Origin: Auanema rhodensis
Lineage: Eukaryota; Animalia; Nematoda
NCBI GenBank assembly: GCA_964057225.1
Contig: OZ059899.1
Span: 186,001-250,000, forward strand
DNA length: 64,000 nt
Reading direction: 5' to 3'
Part shown: positions 10,860 to 26,800 of the stretch, piece by piece
Numbering within the stretch: position 1 is the first letter of the stretch
How the letters are laid out: each line of letters begins with the position of its first letter
Program-made: the position numbers and the translations under genes
Notes under the pieces: model-generated
The model's input: the letters and a program-made list of their open reading frames with translations, nothing else
Database searches by the model: none
Told to the model about the DNA's origin: nothing

Positions 10860-12615
10860 CGCATCTCTTTATCTTTCACGTGAAGCGAGTTACATACCAA
10901 GTGCACATCACGTGTACATTTAATTAGCATAAATTAAAGTTCACGTAAATTTCAAAGTCATGGTTACCATGCACCAATATCAATAAAAATTTGTTATTAG
11001 ACTAATATGGACATGGGGAATCTAATTTTGAAAACCGCATCTCTTCATCTTTCACGTGAAGCGAGTTACATACCAAGTGCACATCAAGTGTACATTTAAT
11101 TAGCATAAATTAAAGTTCACGTAAATTTCAAAGTCATGGTTACCATGCACCAATATCAATAAAAATTTGTTTTTAGACTAATATGGACATGGGGAATCTA
11201 TTTTTGAAAACCGCATCTCTTTATCTTTCACGTGAAGCGAGTTACATACCAAGTGCACATCACGTGTACATTTAATTAGCATAAATTAAAGTTCACGTAA
11301 ATTTCAAAGTCATGGTTACCATGCACCAATATCAATAAAAATTTGTTTTTAGACTAATATGGACATGGGGAATCTAATTTTGAAAACCGCATCTCTTTAT
11401 CTTTCACGTGAAGCGAGTTACATACCAAGTGCACATCACGTGTACATTTAATTAGCATAAATTGAAGTTCACGTAAATTTCAAAGTCATGGTTACCATGA
11501 ACCAATATCAATAAAAATTTGTTTTTAGACTAATATGGACATGGGGAATCTAATTTTGAAAACCGCATCTCTTTATCTTTCACGTGAAGCGAGTTACATA
11601 CCAAGTGCACATCACGTGTACATTTAATTAGCATAAATTAAAGTTCACGTAAATTTCAAAGTCATGGTTACCCCCAATATCAATAAAAATTTGTTTTTAG
11701 ACTAATATGGACATGGGGAATCTATTTTTGGAAACCGCATCTCTTCATCTTTCACGTGAAGCGAGTTACATACCAAGTGCACATCACGTGTACATTTAAT
11801 TAGCATAAATTAAAGTTCACGTAAATTTCAAAGTCATGGTTACCATGCACCAATATCAATAAAAATTTGTTTTTAGACTAATATGGACATGGGGAATCTA
11901 TTTTTGAAAACCGCATCTCTTTATCTTTCACGTGAAGCGAGTTACATACCAAGTGCACATCACGTGTACATTTAATTAGCATAAATTGAAGTTCACGTAA
12001 ATTTCAAAGTCATGGTTACCATGAACCAATATCAATAAAAATTTGTTTTTAGACTAATATGGACATGGGGAATCTAATTTTGAAAACCGCATCTCTTTAT
12101 CTTTCACGTGAAGCGAGTTACATACCAAGTGCACATCACGTGTACATTTAATTAGCATAAATTAAAGTTCACGTAAATTTCAAAGTCATGGTTACCATGC
12201 ACCAATATCAATAAAAATTTGTTATTAGACTAATATGGACATGGGGAATCTAATTTTGAAAACCGCATCTCTTCATCTTTCACGTGAAGCGAGTTACATA
12301 CCAAGTGCACATCAAGTGTACATTTAATTAGCATAAATTAAAGTTCACGTAAATTTCAAAGTCATGGTTACCATGCACCAATATCAATAAAAATTTGTTT
12401 TTAGACTAATATGGACATGGGGAATCTATTTTTGAAAACCGCATCTCTTTATCTTTCACGTGAAGCGAGTTACATACCAAGTGCACATCACGTGTACATT
12501 TAATTAGCATAAATTAAAGTTCACGTAAATTTCAAAGTCATGGTTACCATGCACCAATATCAATAAAAATTTGTTTTTAGACTAATATGGACATGGGGAA
12601 TCTAATTTTGAAAAC
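10160..12615. repeat. Tandem 7-mer higher-order repeat x2 (1228 bp), overlapping the 6-mer
   Basis: Order A77G; 172-bp variant; T11C+A166T; A77G; T137A; T11C+C52A+A166T; consensus, starting at 10160 and 11388. Confidence 0.9.
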
Positions 12616-15600
12616 CGCATCTCTTTATCTTTCACGTGAAGCGAGTTACATACCAAGTGCACATCACGTGTACATTTAATTAGCATAAATTAAAGTTCAC
12701 GTAAATTTCAAAGTCATGGTTACCATGCACCAATATCAATAAAAATTTGTTTTTAGACTAATATGGACATGGGGAATCTAATTTTGAAAACCGCATCTCT
12801 TTATCTTTCACGTGAAGCGAGTTACATACCAAGTGCACATCAAGTGTACATTTAATTAGCATAAATTAAAGTTCACGTAAATTTCAAAGTCATGGTTACC
12901 ATGCACCAATATCAATAAAAATTTGTTTTTAGACTAATATGGACATGGGGAATCTATTTTTGAAAACCGCATCTCTTTATCTTTCACGTGAAGCGAGTTA
13001 CATACCAAGTGCACATCACGTGTACATTTAATTAGCATAAATTAAAGTTCACGTAAATTTCAAAGTCATGGTTACCATGCACCAATATCAATAAAAATTT
13101 GTTTTTAGACTAATATGGACATGGGGAATCTAATTTTGAAAACCGCATCTCTTTATCTTTCACGTGAAGCGAGTTACATACCAAGTGCACATCACGTGTA
13201 CATTTAATTAGCATAAATTAAAGTTCACGTAAATTTCAAAGTCATGGTTACCATGAACCAATATCAATAAAAATTTGTTTTTAGACTAATATGGACATGG
13301 GGAATCTAATTTTGAAAACCGCATCTCTTTATCTTTCACGTGAAGCGAGTTACATACCAAGTGCACATCACGTGTACATTTAATTAGCATAAATTAAAGT
13401 TCACGTAAATTTCAAAGTCATGGTTACCATGCACCAATATCAATAAAAATTTGTTTTTAGACTAATATGGACATGAGGAATCTAATTTTGAAAACCGCAT
13501 CTCTTTATCTTTCACGTGAAGCGAGTTACATACCAAGTGCACATCACGTGTACATTTAATAAGCATAAATTAAAGTTCACGTAAATTTCAAAGTCATGGT
13601 TACCATGCACCAATATCAATAAAAATTTGTTTTTAGACTAATATGGACATGAGGAATCTAATTTTGAAAACCGCATCTCTTTATCTTTCACGTGAAGCGA
13701 GTTACATACCAAGTGCACATCACGTGTACATTTAATTAGCATAAATTAAAGTTCACGTAAATTTCAAAGTCGTGGTTACCATGCACCAATATCAATAAAA
13801 ATTCGTTTTTAGACTAATATGGACATGGGGAATCTAATTTTGAAAACCGCATCTCTTTATCTTTCACGTGAAGCGAGTTACATACCAAGTGCACATCACG
13901 TGTACATTTAATTAGCATAAATTAAAGTTCACGTAAATTTCAAAGTCGTGGTTACCATGCACCAATATCAATAAAAATTCGTTTTTAGACTAATATGGAC
14001 ATGGGGAATCTAACTTTGAAAACCGCATCTCTTTATCTTTCACGTGAAGCGAGTTACATACCAAGTGCACATCACGTGTACATTTAATTAGCATAAATTA
14101 AAGTTCACGTAAATTTCAAAGTCATGGTTACCATGCACCAATATCAATAAAAATTTGTTTTTAGACTAATATGGACATGGGAAATCTAATTTTGAAAACC
14201 GCATCTCTTTATCTTTCACGTGAAGCGAGTTACATACCAAGTGCACATCACGTGTACATTTAATTAGCATAAATTAAAGTTCACGTAAATTTCAAAGTCA
14301 TGGTTACCATGCACCAATATCAATAAAAATTTGTTTTTAGACTAATATGGACATGGGGAATCTAATTTTGAAAACCGCATCTCTTTATCTTTCACGTAAA
14401 GCGAGTTACATACCAAGTGCACATCACGTGTACATTTAATTAGCATAAATTAAAGTTCACGTAAATTTCAAAGTCATGGTTACCATGCACCAATATCAAT
14501 AAAAATTTGTTTTTAGACTAATATGGACATGAGGAATCTAATTTTGAAAACCGCATCTCTTTATCTTTCACGTGAAGCGAGTTACATACCAAGTGCACAT
14601 CACGTGTACATTTAATTAGCATAAATTAAAGTTCACGTAAATTTCAAAGTCATGGTTACCATGCACCAATATCAATAAAAATTCGTTTTTAGACTAATAT
14701 GGACATGAAGAATCTAATTTTGAAAACCGCATCTCTTTATCTTTCACGTGAAGCGAGTTACATACCAAGTGCACATCACGTGTACATTTAATTAGCATAA
14801 ATTAAAGTTCACGTAAATTTCAAAGTCATGGTTACCATGCACCAATATCAATAAAAATTTGTTTTTAGACTAATATGGACATGGGGAATCTAATTTTGAA
14901 AACCGCATCTCTTTATCTTTCACGTGAAGCGAGTTACATACCAAGTGCACATCACGTGTACATTTAATTAGCATAAATTAAAGTTCACGTAAATTTCAAA
15001 GTCATGGTTACCATGCACCAATATCAATAAAAATTTGTTTTTAGACTAATATGGACATGGGGAATCTAATTTTGAAAACCGCATCTCTTCATCTTTCACG
15101 TGAAGCGAGTTACATACCAAGTGCACATCAAGTGTACATTTAATTAGCATAAATTAAAGTTCACGTAAATTTCAAAGTCATGGTTACCATGCACCAATAT
15201 CAATAAAAATTTGTTTTTAGACTAATATGGACATGGGGAATCTAATTTTGAAAACCGCATCTCTTTATCTTTCACGTGAAGCGAGTTACATACCAAGTGC
15301 ACATCACGTGTACATTTAATTAGCATAAATTAAAGTTCACGTAAATTTCAAAGTCATGGTTACCATGAACCAATATCAATAAAAATTTGTTTTTAGACTA
15401 ATATGTACATGGGGAATCTAATTTTGAAAACCGCATCTCTTTATCTTTCACGTGAAGCGAGTTACATACCAAGTGCACATCACGTGTACATTTAATTAGC
15501 ATAAATTAAAGTTCACGTAAATTTCAAAGTCATGGTTACCATGCACCAATATCAATAAAAATTCGTTTTTAGACTAATATGGACATGGGGAATCTAATTT

Positions 15601-15783
15601 TGAAAACCGCATCTCTTTATCTTTCACGTGAAGCGAGTTACATACCAAGTGCACATCACGTGTACATTTAATTAGCATAAATTAAAGTTCACGTAAATTT
15701 CAAAGTCATGGTTACCATGCACCAATATCAATAAAAATTTGTTTTTAGACTAATATAGACATGGGGAATCTAATTTTGAAAAC

Positions 15784-17895
15784 CGCATCTCTTTATCTTT
15801 CACGTGAAGCGAGTTACATACCAAGTGCACATCACGTGTACATTTAATTAGCATAAATTAAAGTTCACGTAAATTTCAAAGTCATGGTTATCATGCACCA
15901 ATATCAATAAAAATTTGTTTTTAGACTAATATGGACATGGGGAATCTAATTTTGAAAACCGCATCTCTTCATCTTTCACGTGAAGCGAGTTACATACCAA
16001 GTGCACATCAAGTGTACATTTAATTAGCATAAATTAAAGTTCACGTAAATTTCAAAGTCATGGTTACCATGCACCAATATCAATAAAAATTTGTTTTTAG
16101 ACTAATATGGACATGGGGAATCTAATTTTGAAAACCGCATCTCTTTATCTTTCACGTGAAGCGAGTTACATACCAAGTGCACATCACGTGTACATTTAAT
16201 TAGCATAAATTAAAGTTCACGTAAATTTCAAAGTCGTGGTTACCATGCACCAATATCAATAAAAATTCGTTTTTAGACTAATATGGACATGGGGAATCTA
16301 ACTTTGAAAACCGCATCTCTTTATCTTTCACGTGAAGCGAGTTACATACCAAGTGCACATCACGTGTACATTTAATTAGCATAAATTAAAGTTCACGTAA
16401 ATTTCAAAGTCATGGTTACCATGCACCAATATCAATAAAAATTTGTTTTTAGACTAATATGGACATGGGAAATCTAATTTTGAAAACCGCATCTCTTTAT
16501 CTTTCACGTGAAGCGAGTTACATACCAAGTGCACATCACGTGTACATTTAATTAGCATAAATTAAAGTTCACGTAAATTTCAAAGTCATGGTTACCATGC
16601 ACCAATATCAATAAAAATTTGTTTTTAGACTAATATGGACATGGGGAATCTAATTTTGAAAACCGCATCTCTTTATCTTTCACGTAAAGCGAGTTACATA
16701 CCAAGTGCACATCACGTGTACATTTAATTAGCATAAATTAAAGTTCACGTAAATTTCAAAGTCATGGTTACCATGCACCAATATCAATAAAAATTTGTTT
16801 TTAGACTAATATGGACATGGGGAATCTAATTTTGAAAACCGCATCTCTTTATCTTTCACGTGAAGCGAGTTACATACCAAGTGCACATCACGTGTACATT
16901 TAATTAGCATAAATTAAAGTTCACGTAAATTTCAAAGTCATGGTTATCATGCACCAATATCAATAAAAATTTGTTTTTAGACTAATATGGACATGGGGAA
17001 TCTAATTTTGAAAACCGCATCTCTTCATCTTTCACGTGAAGCGAGTTACATACCAAGTGCACATCAAGTGTACATTTAATTAGCATAAATTAAAGTTCAC
17101 GTAAATTTCAAAGTCATGGTTACCATGCACCAATATCAATAAAAATTTGTTTTTAGACTAATATGGACATGGGGAATCTAATTTTGAAAACCGCATCTCT
17201 TTATCTTTCACGTGAAGCGAGTTACATACCAAGTGCACATCACGTGTACATTTAATTAGCATAAATTAAAGTTCACGTAAATTTCAAAGTCGTGGTTACC
17301 ATGCACCAATATCAATAAAAATTCGTTTTTAGACTAATATGGACATGGGGAATCTAACTTTGAAAACCGCATCTCTTTATCTTTCACGTGAAGCGAGTTA
17401 CATACCAAGTGCACATCACGTGTACATTTAATTAGCATAAATTAAAGTTCACGTAAATTTCAAAGTCATGGTTACCATGCACCAATATCAATAAAAATTT
17501 GTTTTTAGACTAATATGGACATGGGAAATCTAATTTTGAAAACCGCATCTCTTTATCTTTCACGTGAAGCGAGTTACATACCAAGTGCACATCACGTGTA
17601 CATTTAATTAGCATAAATTAAAGTTCACGTAAATTTCAAAGTCATGGTTACCATGCACCAATATCAATAAAAATTTGTTTTTAGACTAATATGGACATGG
17701 GGAATCTAATTTTGAAAACCGCATCTCTTTATCTTTCACGTAAAGCGAGTTACATACCAAGTGCACATCACGTGTACATTTAATTAGCATAAATTAAAGT
17801 TCACGTAAATTTCAAAGTCATGGTTACCATGCACCAATATCAATAAAAATTTGTTTTTAGACTAATATGGACATGAGGAATCTAATTTTGAAAAC
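15784..17895. repeat. Tandem 6-mer higher-order repeat x2 (1056 bp)
   Basis: Order C108T; T11C+C52A; A101G+T133C+T167C; G159A; consensus; G23A, starting at 15784 and 16840. Confidence 0.9.
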
Positions 17896-20800
17896 CGCAT
17901 CTCTTTATCTTTCACGTGAAGCGAGTTACATACCAAGTGCACATCACGTGTACATTTAATTAGCATAAATTAAAGTTCACGTAAATTTCAAAGTCATGGT
18001 TACCATGCACCAATATCAATAAAAATTCGTTTTTAGACTAATATGGACATGGGGAATCTAATTTTGAAAACCGCATCTCTTTATCTTTCACGTGAAGCGA
18101 GTTACATACCAAGTGCACATCACGTGTACATTTAATTAGCATAAATTAAAGTTCACGTAAATTTCAAAGTCATGGTTACCATGCACCAATATCAATAAAA
18201 ATTTGTTTTTAGACTAATATGGACATGGGGAATCTAATTTTGAAAACCGCATCTCTTTATCTTTCACGTGAAGCGAGTTACATACCAAGTGCACATCACG
18301 TGTACATTTAATTAGCATAAATTAAAGTTCACGTAAATTTCAAAGTCATGGTTACCATGCACCAATATCAATAAAAATTTGTTTTTAGACTAATATGGAC
18401 ATGGGGAATCTAATTTTGAAAACCGCATCTCTTCATCTTTCACGTGAAGCGAGTTACATACCAAGTGCACATCAAGTGTACATTTAATTAGCATAAATTA
18501 AAGTTCACGTAAATTTCAAAGTCATGGTTACCATGCACCAATATCAATAAAAATTTGTTTTTAGACTAATATGGACATGGGGAATCTAATTTTGAAAACC
18601 GCATCTCTTTATCTTTCACGTGAAGCGAGTTACATACCAAGTGCACATCACGTGTACATTTAATTAGCATAAATTAAAGTTCACGTAAATTTCAAAGTCA
18701 TGGTTACCATGAACCAATATCAATAAAAATTTGTTTTTAGACTAATATGTACATGGGGAATCTAATTTTGAAAACCGCATCTCTTTATCTTTCACGTGAA
18801 GCGAGTTACATACCAAGTGCACATCACGTGTACATTTAATTAGCATAAATTAAAGTTCACGTAAATTTCAAAGTCATGGTTACCATGCACCAATATCAAT
18901 AAAAATTTGTTTTTAGACTAATATGGACATGAGGAATCTAATTTTGAAAACCGCATCTCTTTATCTTTCACGTGAAGCGAGTTACATACCAAGTGCACAT
19001 CACGTGTACATTTAATTAGCATAAATTAAAGTTCACGTAAATTTCAAAGTCATGGTTACCATGCACCAATATCAATAAAAATTTGTTTTTAGACTAATAT
19101 GGACATGGGGAATCTAATTTTGAAAACCGCATCTCTTTATCTTTCACGTGAAGCGAGTTACATACCAAGTGCACATCACGTGTACATTTAATTAGCATAA
19201 ATTAAAGTTCACGTAAATTTCAAAGTCATGGTTACCATGAACCAATATCAATAAAAATTTGTTTTTAGACTAATATGGACATGGGGAATCTAATTTTGAA
19301 AACCGCATCTCTTTATCTTTCACGTGAAGCGAGTTACATACCAAGTGCACATCACGTGTACATTTAATTAGCATAAATTAAAGTTCACGTAAATTTCAAA
19401 GTCATGGTTACCATGCACCAATATCAATAAAAATTTGTTTTTAGACTAATATGGACATGGGGAATCTAATTTTGAGAACCGCATCTCTTCATCTTTCACG
19501 TGAAGCGAGTTACATACCAAGTGCACATCACGTGTACATTTAATTAGCATAAATTAAAGTTCACGTAAATTTCAAAGTCATGGTTACCATGCACCAATAT
19601 CAATAAAAATTTGTTTTTAGTCTAATATGGACATGGGGAATCTAATTTTGAAAACCGCATCTCTTTATCTTTCACGTGAAGCGAGTTACATACCAAGTGC
19701 ACATCACGTGTACATTTAATTAGCATAAATTAAAGTTCACGTAAATTTCAAAGTCATGGTTACCATGCACCAATATCAATAAAAATTTGTTTTTAGACTA
19801 ATATGGACATGAGGAATCTAATTTTGAAAACCGCATCTCTTTATCTTTCACGTGAAGCGAGTTACATACCAAGTGCACATCACGTGTACATTTAATAAGC
19901 ATAAATTAAAGTTCACGTAAATTTCAAAGTCATGGTTACCATGCACCAATATCAATAAAAATTTGTTTTTAGACTAATATGGACATGAGGAATCTAATTT
20001 TGAAAACCGCATCTCTTTATCTTTCACGTGAAGCGAGTTACATACCAAGTGCACATCACGTGTACATTTAATTAGCATAAATTAAAGTTCACGTAAATTT
20101 CAAAGTCGTGGTTACCATGCACCAATATCAATAAAAATTCGTTTTTAGACTAATATGGACATGGGGAATCTAATTTTGAAAACCGCATCTCTTTATCTTT
20201 CACGTGAAGCGAGTTACATACCAAGTGCACATCACGTGTACATTTAATTAGCATAAATTAAAGTTCACGTAAATTTCAAAGTCATGGTTACCATGCACCA
20301 TAATCAATAAAAATTTGTTTTTAGACTAATATGGACATGGGGAATCTAATTTTGAAAACCGCATCTCTTTATCTTTCACGTGAAGCGAGTTACATACCAA
20401 GTGCACATCACGTGTACATTTAATTAGCATAAATTAAAGTTCACGTAAATTTCAAAGTCGTGGTTACCATGCACCAATATCAATAAAAATTCGTTTTTAG
20501 ACTAATATGGACATGGGGAATCTAACTTTGAAAACCGCATCTCTTTATCTTTCACGTGAAGCGAGTTACATACCAAGTGCACATCACGTGTACATTTAAT
20601 TAGCATAAATTAAAGTTCACGTAAATTTCAAAGTCATGGTTACCATGCACCAATATCAATAAAAATTTGTTTTTAGACTAATATGGACATGGGGAATCTA
20701 ATTTTGAAAACCGCATCTCTTTATCTTTCACGTGAAGCGAGTTACATACCAAGTGCACATCACGTGTACATTTAATTAGCATAAATTAAAGTTCACGTAA

Positions 20801-23800
20801 ATTTCAAAGTCATGGTTACCATGCACCAATATCAATAAAAATTTGTTTTTAGACTAATATGGACATGGGGAATCTAATTTTGAAAACCGCATCTCTTTAT
20901 CTTTCACGTGAAGCGAGTTACATACCAAGTGCACATCACGTGTACATTTAATTAGCATAAATTAAAGTTCACGTAAATTTCAAAGTCATGGTTACCATGC
21001 ACCAATATCAATAAAAATTTGTTTTTAGACTAATATGGACATGAGGAATCTAATTTTGAAAACCGCATCTCTTTATCTTTCACGTGAAGCGAGTTACATA
21101 CCAAGTGCACATCACGTGTAATTTAATTAGCATAAATTAAAGTTCACGTAAATTTCAAAGTCATGGTTACCATGCACCAATATCAATAAAAATTCGTTTT
21201 TAGACTAATATGGACATGGGGAATCTAATTTTGAAAACCGCATCTCTTTATCTTTCACGTGAAGCGAGTTACATACCAAGTGCACATCACGTGTACATTT
21301 AATTAGCATAAATTAAAGTTCACGTAAATTTCAAAGTCATGGTTACCATGCACCAATATCAATAAAAATTTGTTTTTAGACTAATATGGACATGGGGAAT
21401 CTAATTTTGAAAACCGCATCTCTTTATCTTTCACGTGAAGCGAGTTACATACCAAGTGCACATCACGTGTACATTTAATTAGCATAAATTAAAGTTCACG
21501 TAAATTTCAAAGTCGTGGTTACCATGCACCAATATCAATAAAAATTCGTTTTTAGACTAATATGGACATGGGGAATCTAATTTTGAAAACCGCATCTCTT
21601 TATCTTTCACGTGAAGCGAGTTACATACCAAGTGCACATCACGTGTACATTTAATTAGCATAAATTAAAGTTCACGTAAATTTCAAAGTCATGGTTACCA
21701 TGAAGCAATATCAATAAAAATTTGTTTTTAGACTAATATGGACAGGGGGAATCTAATTTTGAAAACCGCATCTCTTTATCTTTCACGTGAAGCGAGTTAC
21801 ATACCAAGTGCACATCACGTGTACATTTAATTAGCATAAATTAAAGTTCACGTAAATTTCAAAGTCATGGTTACCATGCACCAATATCAATAAAAATTTG
21901 TTTTTAGACTAATATGGACATGGGGAATCTAATTTTGAAAACCGCATCTCTTTATCTTTCACGTGAAGCGAGTTACATACCAAGTGCACATCACGTGTAC
22001 ATTTAATTAGCATAAATTAAAGTTCACGTAAATTTCAAAGTCATGGTTACCATGCACCAATATCAATAAAAATTTGTTTTTAGACTAATATGGACATGAG
22101 GAATCTAATTTTGAAAACCGCATCTCTTTATCTTTCACGTGAAGCGAGTTACATACCAAGTGCACATCACGTGTACATTTAATTAGCATAAATTAAAGTT
22201 CACGTAAATTTCAAAGTCATGGTTACCATGCACCAATATCAATAAAAATTCGTTTTTAGACTAATATGGACATGGGGAATCTAATTTTGAAAACCGCATC
22301 TCTTTATCTTTCACGTGAAGCGAGTTACATACCAAGTGCACATCACGTGTACATTTAATTAGCATAAATTAAAGTTCACGTAAATTTCAAAGTCATGGTT
22401 ACCATGAACCAATATCAATAAAAATTTGTTTTTAGACTAATATGGACATGGGGAATCTAATTTTGAAAACCGCATCTCTTTATCTTTCACGTGAAGCGAG
22501 TTACATACCAAGTGCACATCACGTGTACATTTAATTAGCATAAATTAAAGTTCACGTAAATTTCAAAGTCATGGTTACCATGAACCAATATCAATAAAAA
22601 TTTGTTTTTAGACTAATATGGACATGGGGAATCTAATTTTGAAAACCGCATCTCTTTATCTTTCACGTGAAGCGAGTTACATACCAAGTGCACATCACGT
22701 GTACATTTAATTAGCATAAATTAAAGTTCACGTAAATTTCAAAGTCATGGTTACCATGCACCAATATCAATAAAAATTTGTTTTTAGACTAATATGGACA
22801 TGGGGAATCTAATTTTGAGAACCGCATCTCTTCATCTTTCACGTGAAGCGAGTTACATACCAAGTGCACATCACGTGTACATTTAATTAGCATAAATTAA
22901 AGTTCACGTAAATTTCAAAGTCATGGTTACCATGCACCAATATCAATAAAAATTTGTTTTTAGACTAATATGGACATGGGGAATCTAATTTTGAAAACCG
23001 CATCTCTTCATCTTTCACGTGAAGCGAGTTACATACCAAGTGCACATCAAGTGTACATTTAATTAGCATAAATTAAAGTTCACGTAAATTTCAAAGTCAT
23101 GGTTACCATGAACCAATATCAATAAAAATTTGTTTTTAGACTAATATGTACATGGGGAATCTAATTTTGAAAACCGCATCTCTTTATCTTTCACGTGAAG
23201 CGAGTTACATACCAAGTGCACATCACGTGTACATTTAATTAGCATAAATTAAAGTTCACGTAAATTTCAAAGTCATGGTTACCATGCACCAATATCAATA
23301 AAAATTTGTTTTTAGACTAATATGGACATGGGGAATCTAATTTTGAAAACCGCATCTCTTTATCTTTCACGTGAAGCGAGTTACATACCAAGTGCACATC
23401 ACGTGTACATTTAATTAGCATAAATTAAAGTTCACGTAAATTTCAAAGTCATGGTTACCATGAACCAATATCAATAAAAATTTGTTTTTAGACTAATATG
23501 TACATGGGGAATCTAATTTTGAAAACCGCATCTCTTTATCTTTCACGTGAAGCGAGTTACATACCAAGTGCACATCACGTGTACATTTAATTAGCATAAA
23601 TTAAAGTTCACGTAAATTTCAAAGTCATGGTTACCATGAACCAATATCAATAAAAATTTGTTTTTAGACTAATATGGACATGGGGAATCTAATTTTGAAA
23701 ACCGCATCTCTTTATCTTTCACGTGAAGCGAGTTACATACCAAGTGCACATCACGTGTACATTTAATTAGCATAAATTAAAGTTCACGTAAATTTCAAAG

Positions 23801-26800
23801 TCATGGTTACCATGAACCAATATCAATAAAAATTTGTTTTTAGACTAATATGGACATGGGGAATCTAATTTTGAAAACCGCATCTCTTTATCTTTCACGT
23901 GAAGCGAGTTACATACCAAGTGCACATCACGTGTACATTTAATTAGCATAAATTAAAGTTCACGTAAATTTCAAAGTCATGGTTACCATGAACCAATATC
24001 AATAAAAATTTGTTTTTAGACTAATATGGACATGGGGAATCTAATTTTGAAAACCGCATCTCTTTATCTTTCACGTGAAGCGAGTTACATACCAAGTGCA
24101 CATCACGTGTACATTTAATTAGCATAAATTAAAGTTCACGTAAATTTCAAAGTCATGGTTACCATGAACCAATATCAATAAAAATTTGTTTTTAGACTAA
24201 TATGGACATGGGGAATCTAATTTTGAAAACCGCATCTCTTTATCTTTCACGTGAAGCGAGTTACATACCAAGTGCACATCACGTGTACATTTAATTAGCA
24301 TAAATTAAAGTTCACGTAAATTTCAAAGTCATGGTTACCATGAACCAATATCAATAAAAATTTGTTTTTAGACTAATATGGACATGGGGAATCTAATTTT
24401 GAAAACCGCATCTCTTTATCTTTCACGTGAAGCGAGTTACATACCAAGTGCACATCACGTGTACATTTAATTAGCATAAATTAAAGTTCACGTAAATTTC
24501 AAAGTCATGGTTACCATGCACCAATATCAATAAAAATTTGTTTTTAGACTAATATGGACATGGGGAATCTAATTTTGAAAACCGCATCTCTTTATCTTTT
24601 ACGTGAAGCGAGTTACATACCAAGTGCATATCACGTGTACATTTAATTAGCATAAATTAAAGTTCACGTAAATTTCAAAGTCATGGTTACCATGCACCAA
24701 TATCAATAAAAATTTGTTTTTAGACTAATATGGACATGGGGAATCTAATTTTGAGAACCGCATCTCTTCATCTTTCACGTGAAGCGAGTTACATACCAAG
24801 TGCACATCAACTGTACATTTAATTAGCATAAATTAAAGTTCACGTAAATTTCAAAGTCATGGTTACCATGCACCAATATCAATAAAAATTTGTTTTTAGA
24901 CTAATATGGACATGGGGAATCTAATTTTGAAAACCGCATCTCTTTATCTTTCACGTGAAGCGAGTTACATACCAAGTGCACATCACGTGTACATTTAATT
25001 AGCATAAATTAAAGTTCACGTAAATTTCAAAGTCATGGTTACCATGCACCAATATCAATAAAAATTTGTTTTTAGACTAATATGGACATGGGGAATCTAA
25101 TTTTGAGAACCGCATCTCTTCATCTTTCACGTGAAGCGAGTTACATACCAAGTGCACATCAAGTGTACATTTAATTAGCATAAATTAAAGTTCACGTAAA
25201 TTTCAAAGTCATGGTTACCATGCACCAATATCGATAAAAATTTGTTTTTAGACTAATATGGACATGGGGAATCTAATTTTGAAAACCGCATCTCTTTATC
25301 TTTCACGTGAAGCGTGTTACATACCAAGTGCACATCACGTGTACATTTAATTAGCATAAATTAAAGTTCACGTAAATTTCAAAGTCATGGTTACCATGCA
25401 CCAATATCAATAAAAATTTGTTTTTAGACTAATATGGACATGGGGAATCTAATTTTGAAAACCGCATCTCTTCATCTTTCACGTGAAGCGAGTTACATAC
25501 CAAGTGCACATCACGTGTACATTTAATTAGCATAAATTAAAGTTCACGTAAATTTCAAAGTCATGGTTACCATGAACCAATATCAATAAAAATTTGTTTT
25601 TAGACTAATATGGACATGGGGAATCTAATTTTGAAAACCGCATCTCTTTATCTTTCACGTGAAGCGAGTTACATACCAAGTGCACATCACGTGTACATTT
25701 AATTAGCATAAATTAAAGTTCACGTAAATTTCAAAGTCATGGTTACCATGCACCAATATCAATAAAAATTTGTTTTTAGACTAATATGGACATGGGGAAT
25801 CTAATTTTGAAAACCGCATCTCTTTATCTTTCACGTGAAGCGAGTTACATACCAAGTGCACATCACGTGTACATTTAATTAGCATAAATTAAAGTTCACG
25901 TAAATTTCAAAGTCATGGTTACCATGCATCAATATCAATAAAAATTTGTTTTTAGACTAATATGGACATGGGGAATCTAATTTTGAAAACCGCATCTCTT
26001 TATCTTTCACGTGAAGCGAGTTACATACCAAGTGCACATCACGTGTACATTTAATTAGCATAAATTAAAGTTCACGTAAATTTCAAAGTCATGGTTACCA
26101 TGAACCAATATCAATAAAAATTTGTTTTTAGACTAATATGGACATGGGGAATCTAATTTTGAAAACCGCATCTCTTTATCTTTCACGTGCAGCGAGTTAC
26201 ATACCAAGTGCACATCACGTGTACATTTAATTAGCATAAATTAAAGTTCACGTAAATTTCAAAGTCATGGTTACCATGCATCAATATCAATAAAAATTTG
26301 TTTTTAGACTAATATGGACATGGGGAATCTAATTTTGAAAACCGCATCTCTTTATCTTTCACGTGAAGCGAGTTACATACCAAGTGCACATCACGTGTAC
26401 ATTTAATTAGCATAAATTAAAGTTCACGTAAATTTCAAAGTCATGGTTACCATGAACCAATATCAATAAAAATTTGTTTTTAGACTAATATGGACATGGG
26501 GAATCTAATTTTGAAAACCGCATCTCTTTATCTTTCACGTGCAGCGAGTTACATACCAAGTGCACATCACGTGTACATTTAATTAGCATAAATTAAAGTT
26601 CACGTAAATTTCAAAGTCATGGTTACCATGCACCAATATCAATATAAATTTGTTTTTAGACTAATATGGACATGGGGAATCTAATTTTGAAAACCGCATC
26701 TCTTTATCTTTCACGTGAAGCGAGTTACATACCAAGTGCACATCACGTGTACATTTAATTAGCATAAATTAAAGTTCACGTAAATTTCAAAGTCATGGTT

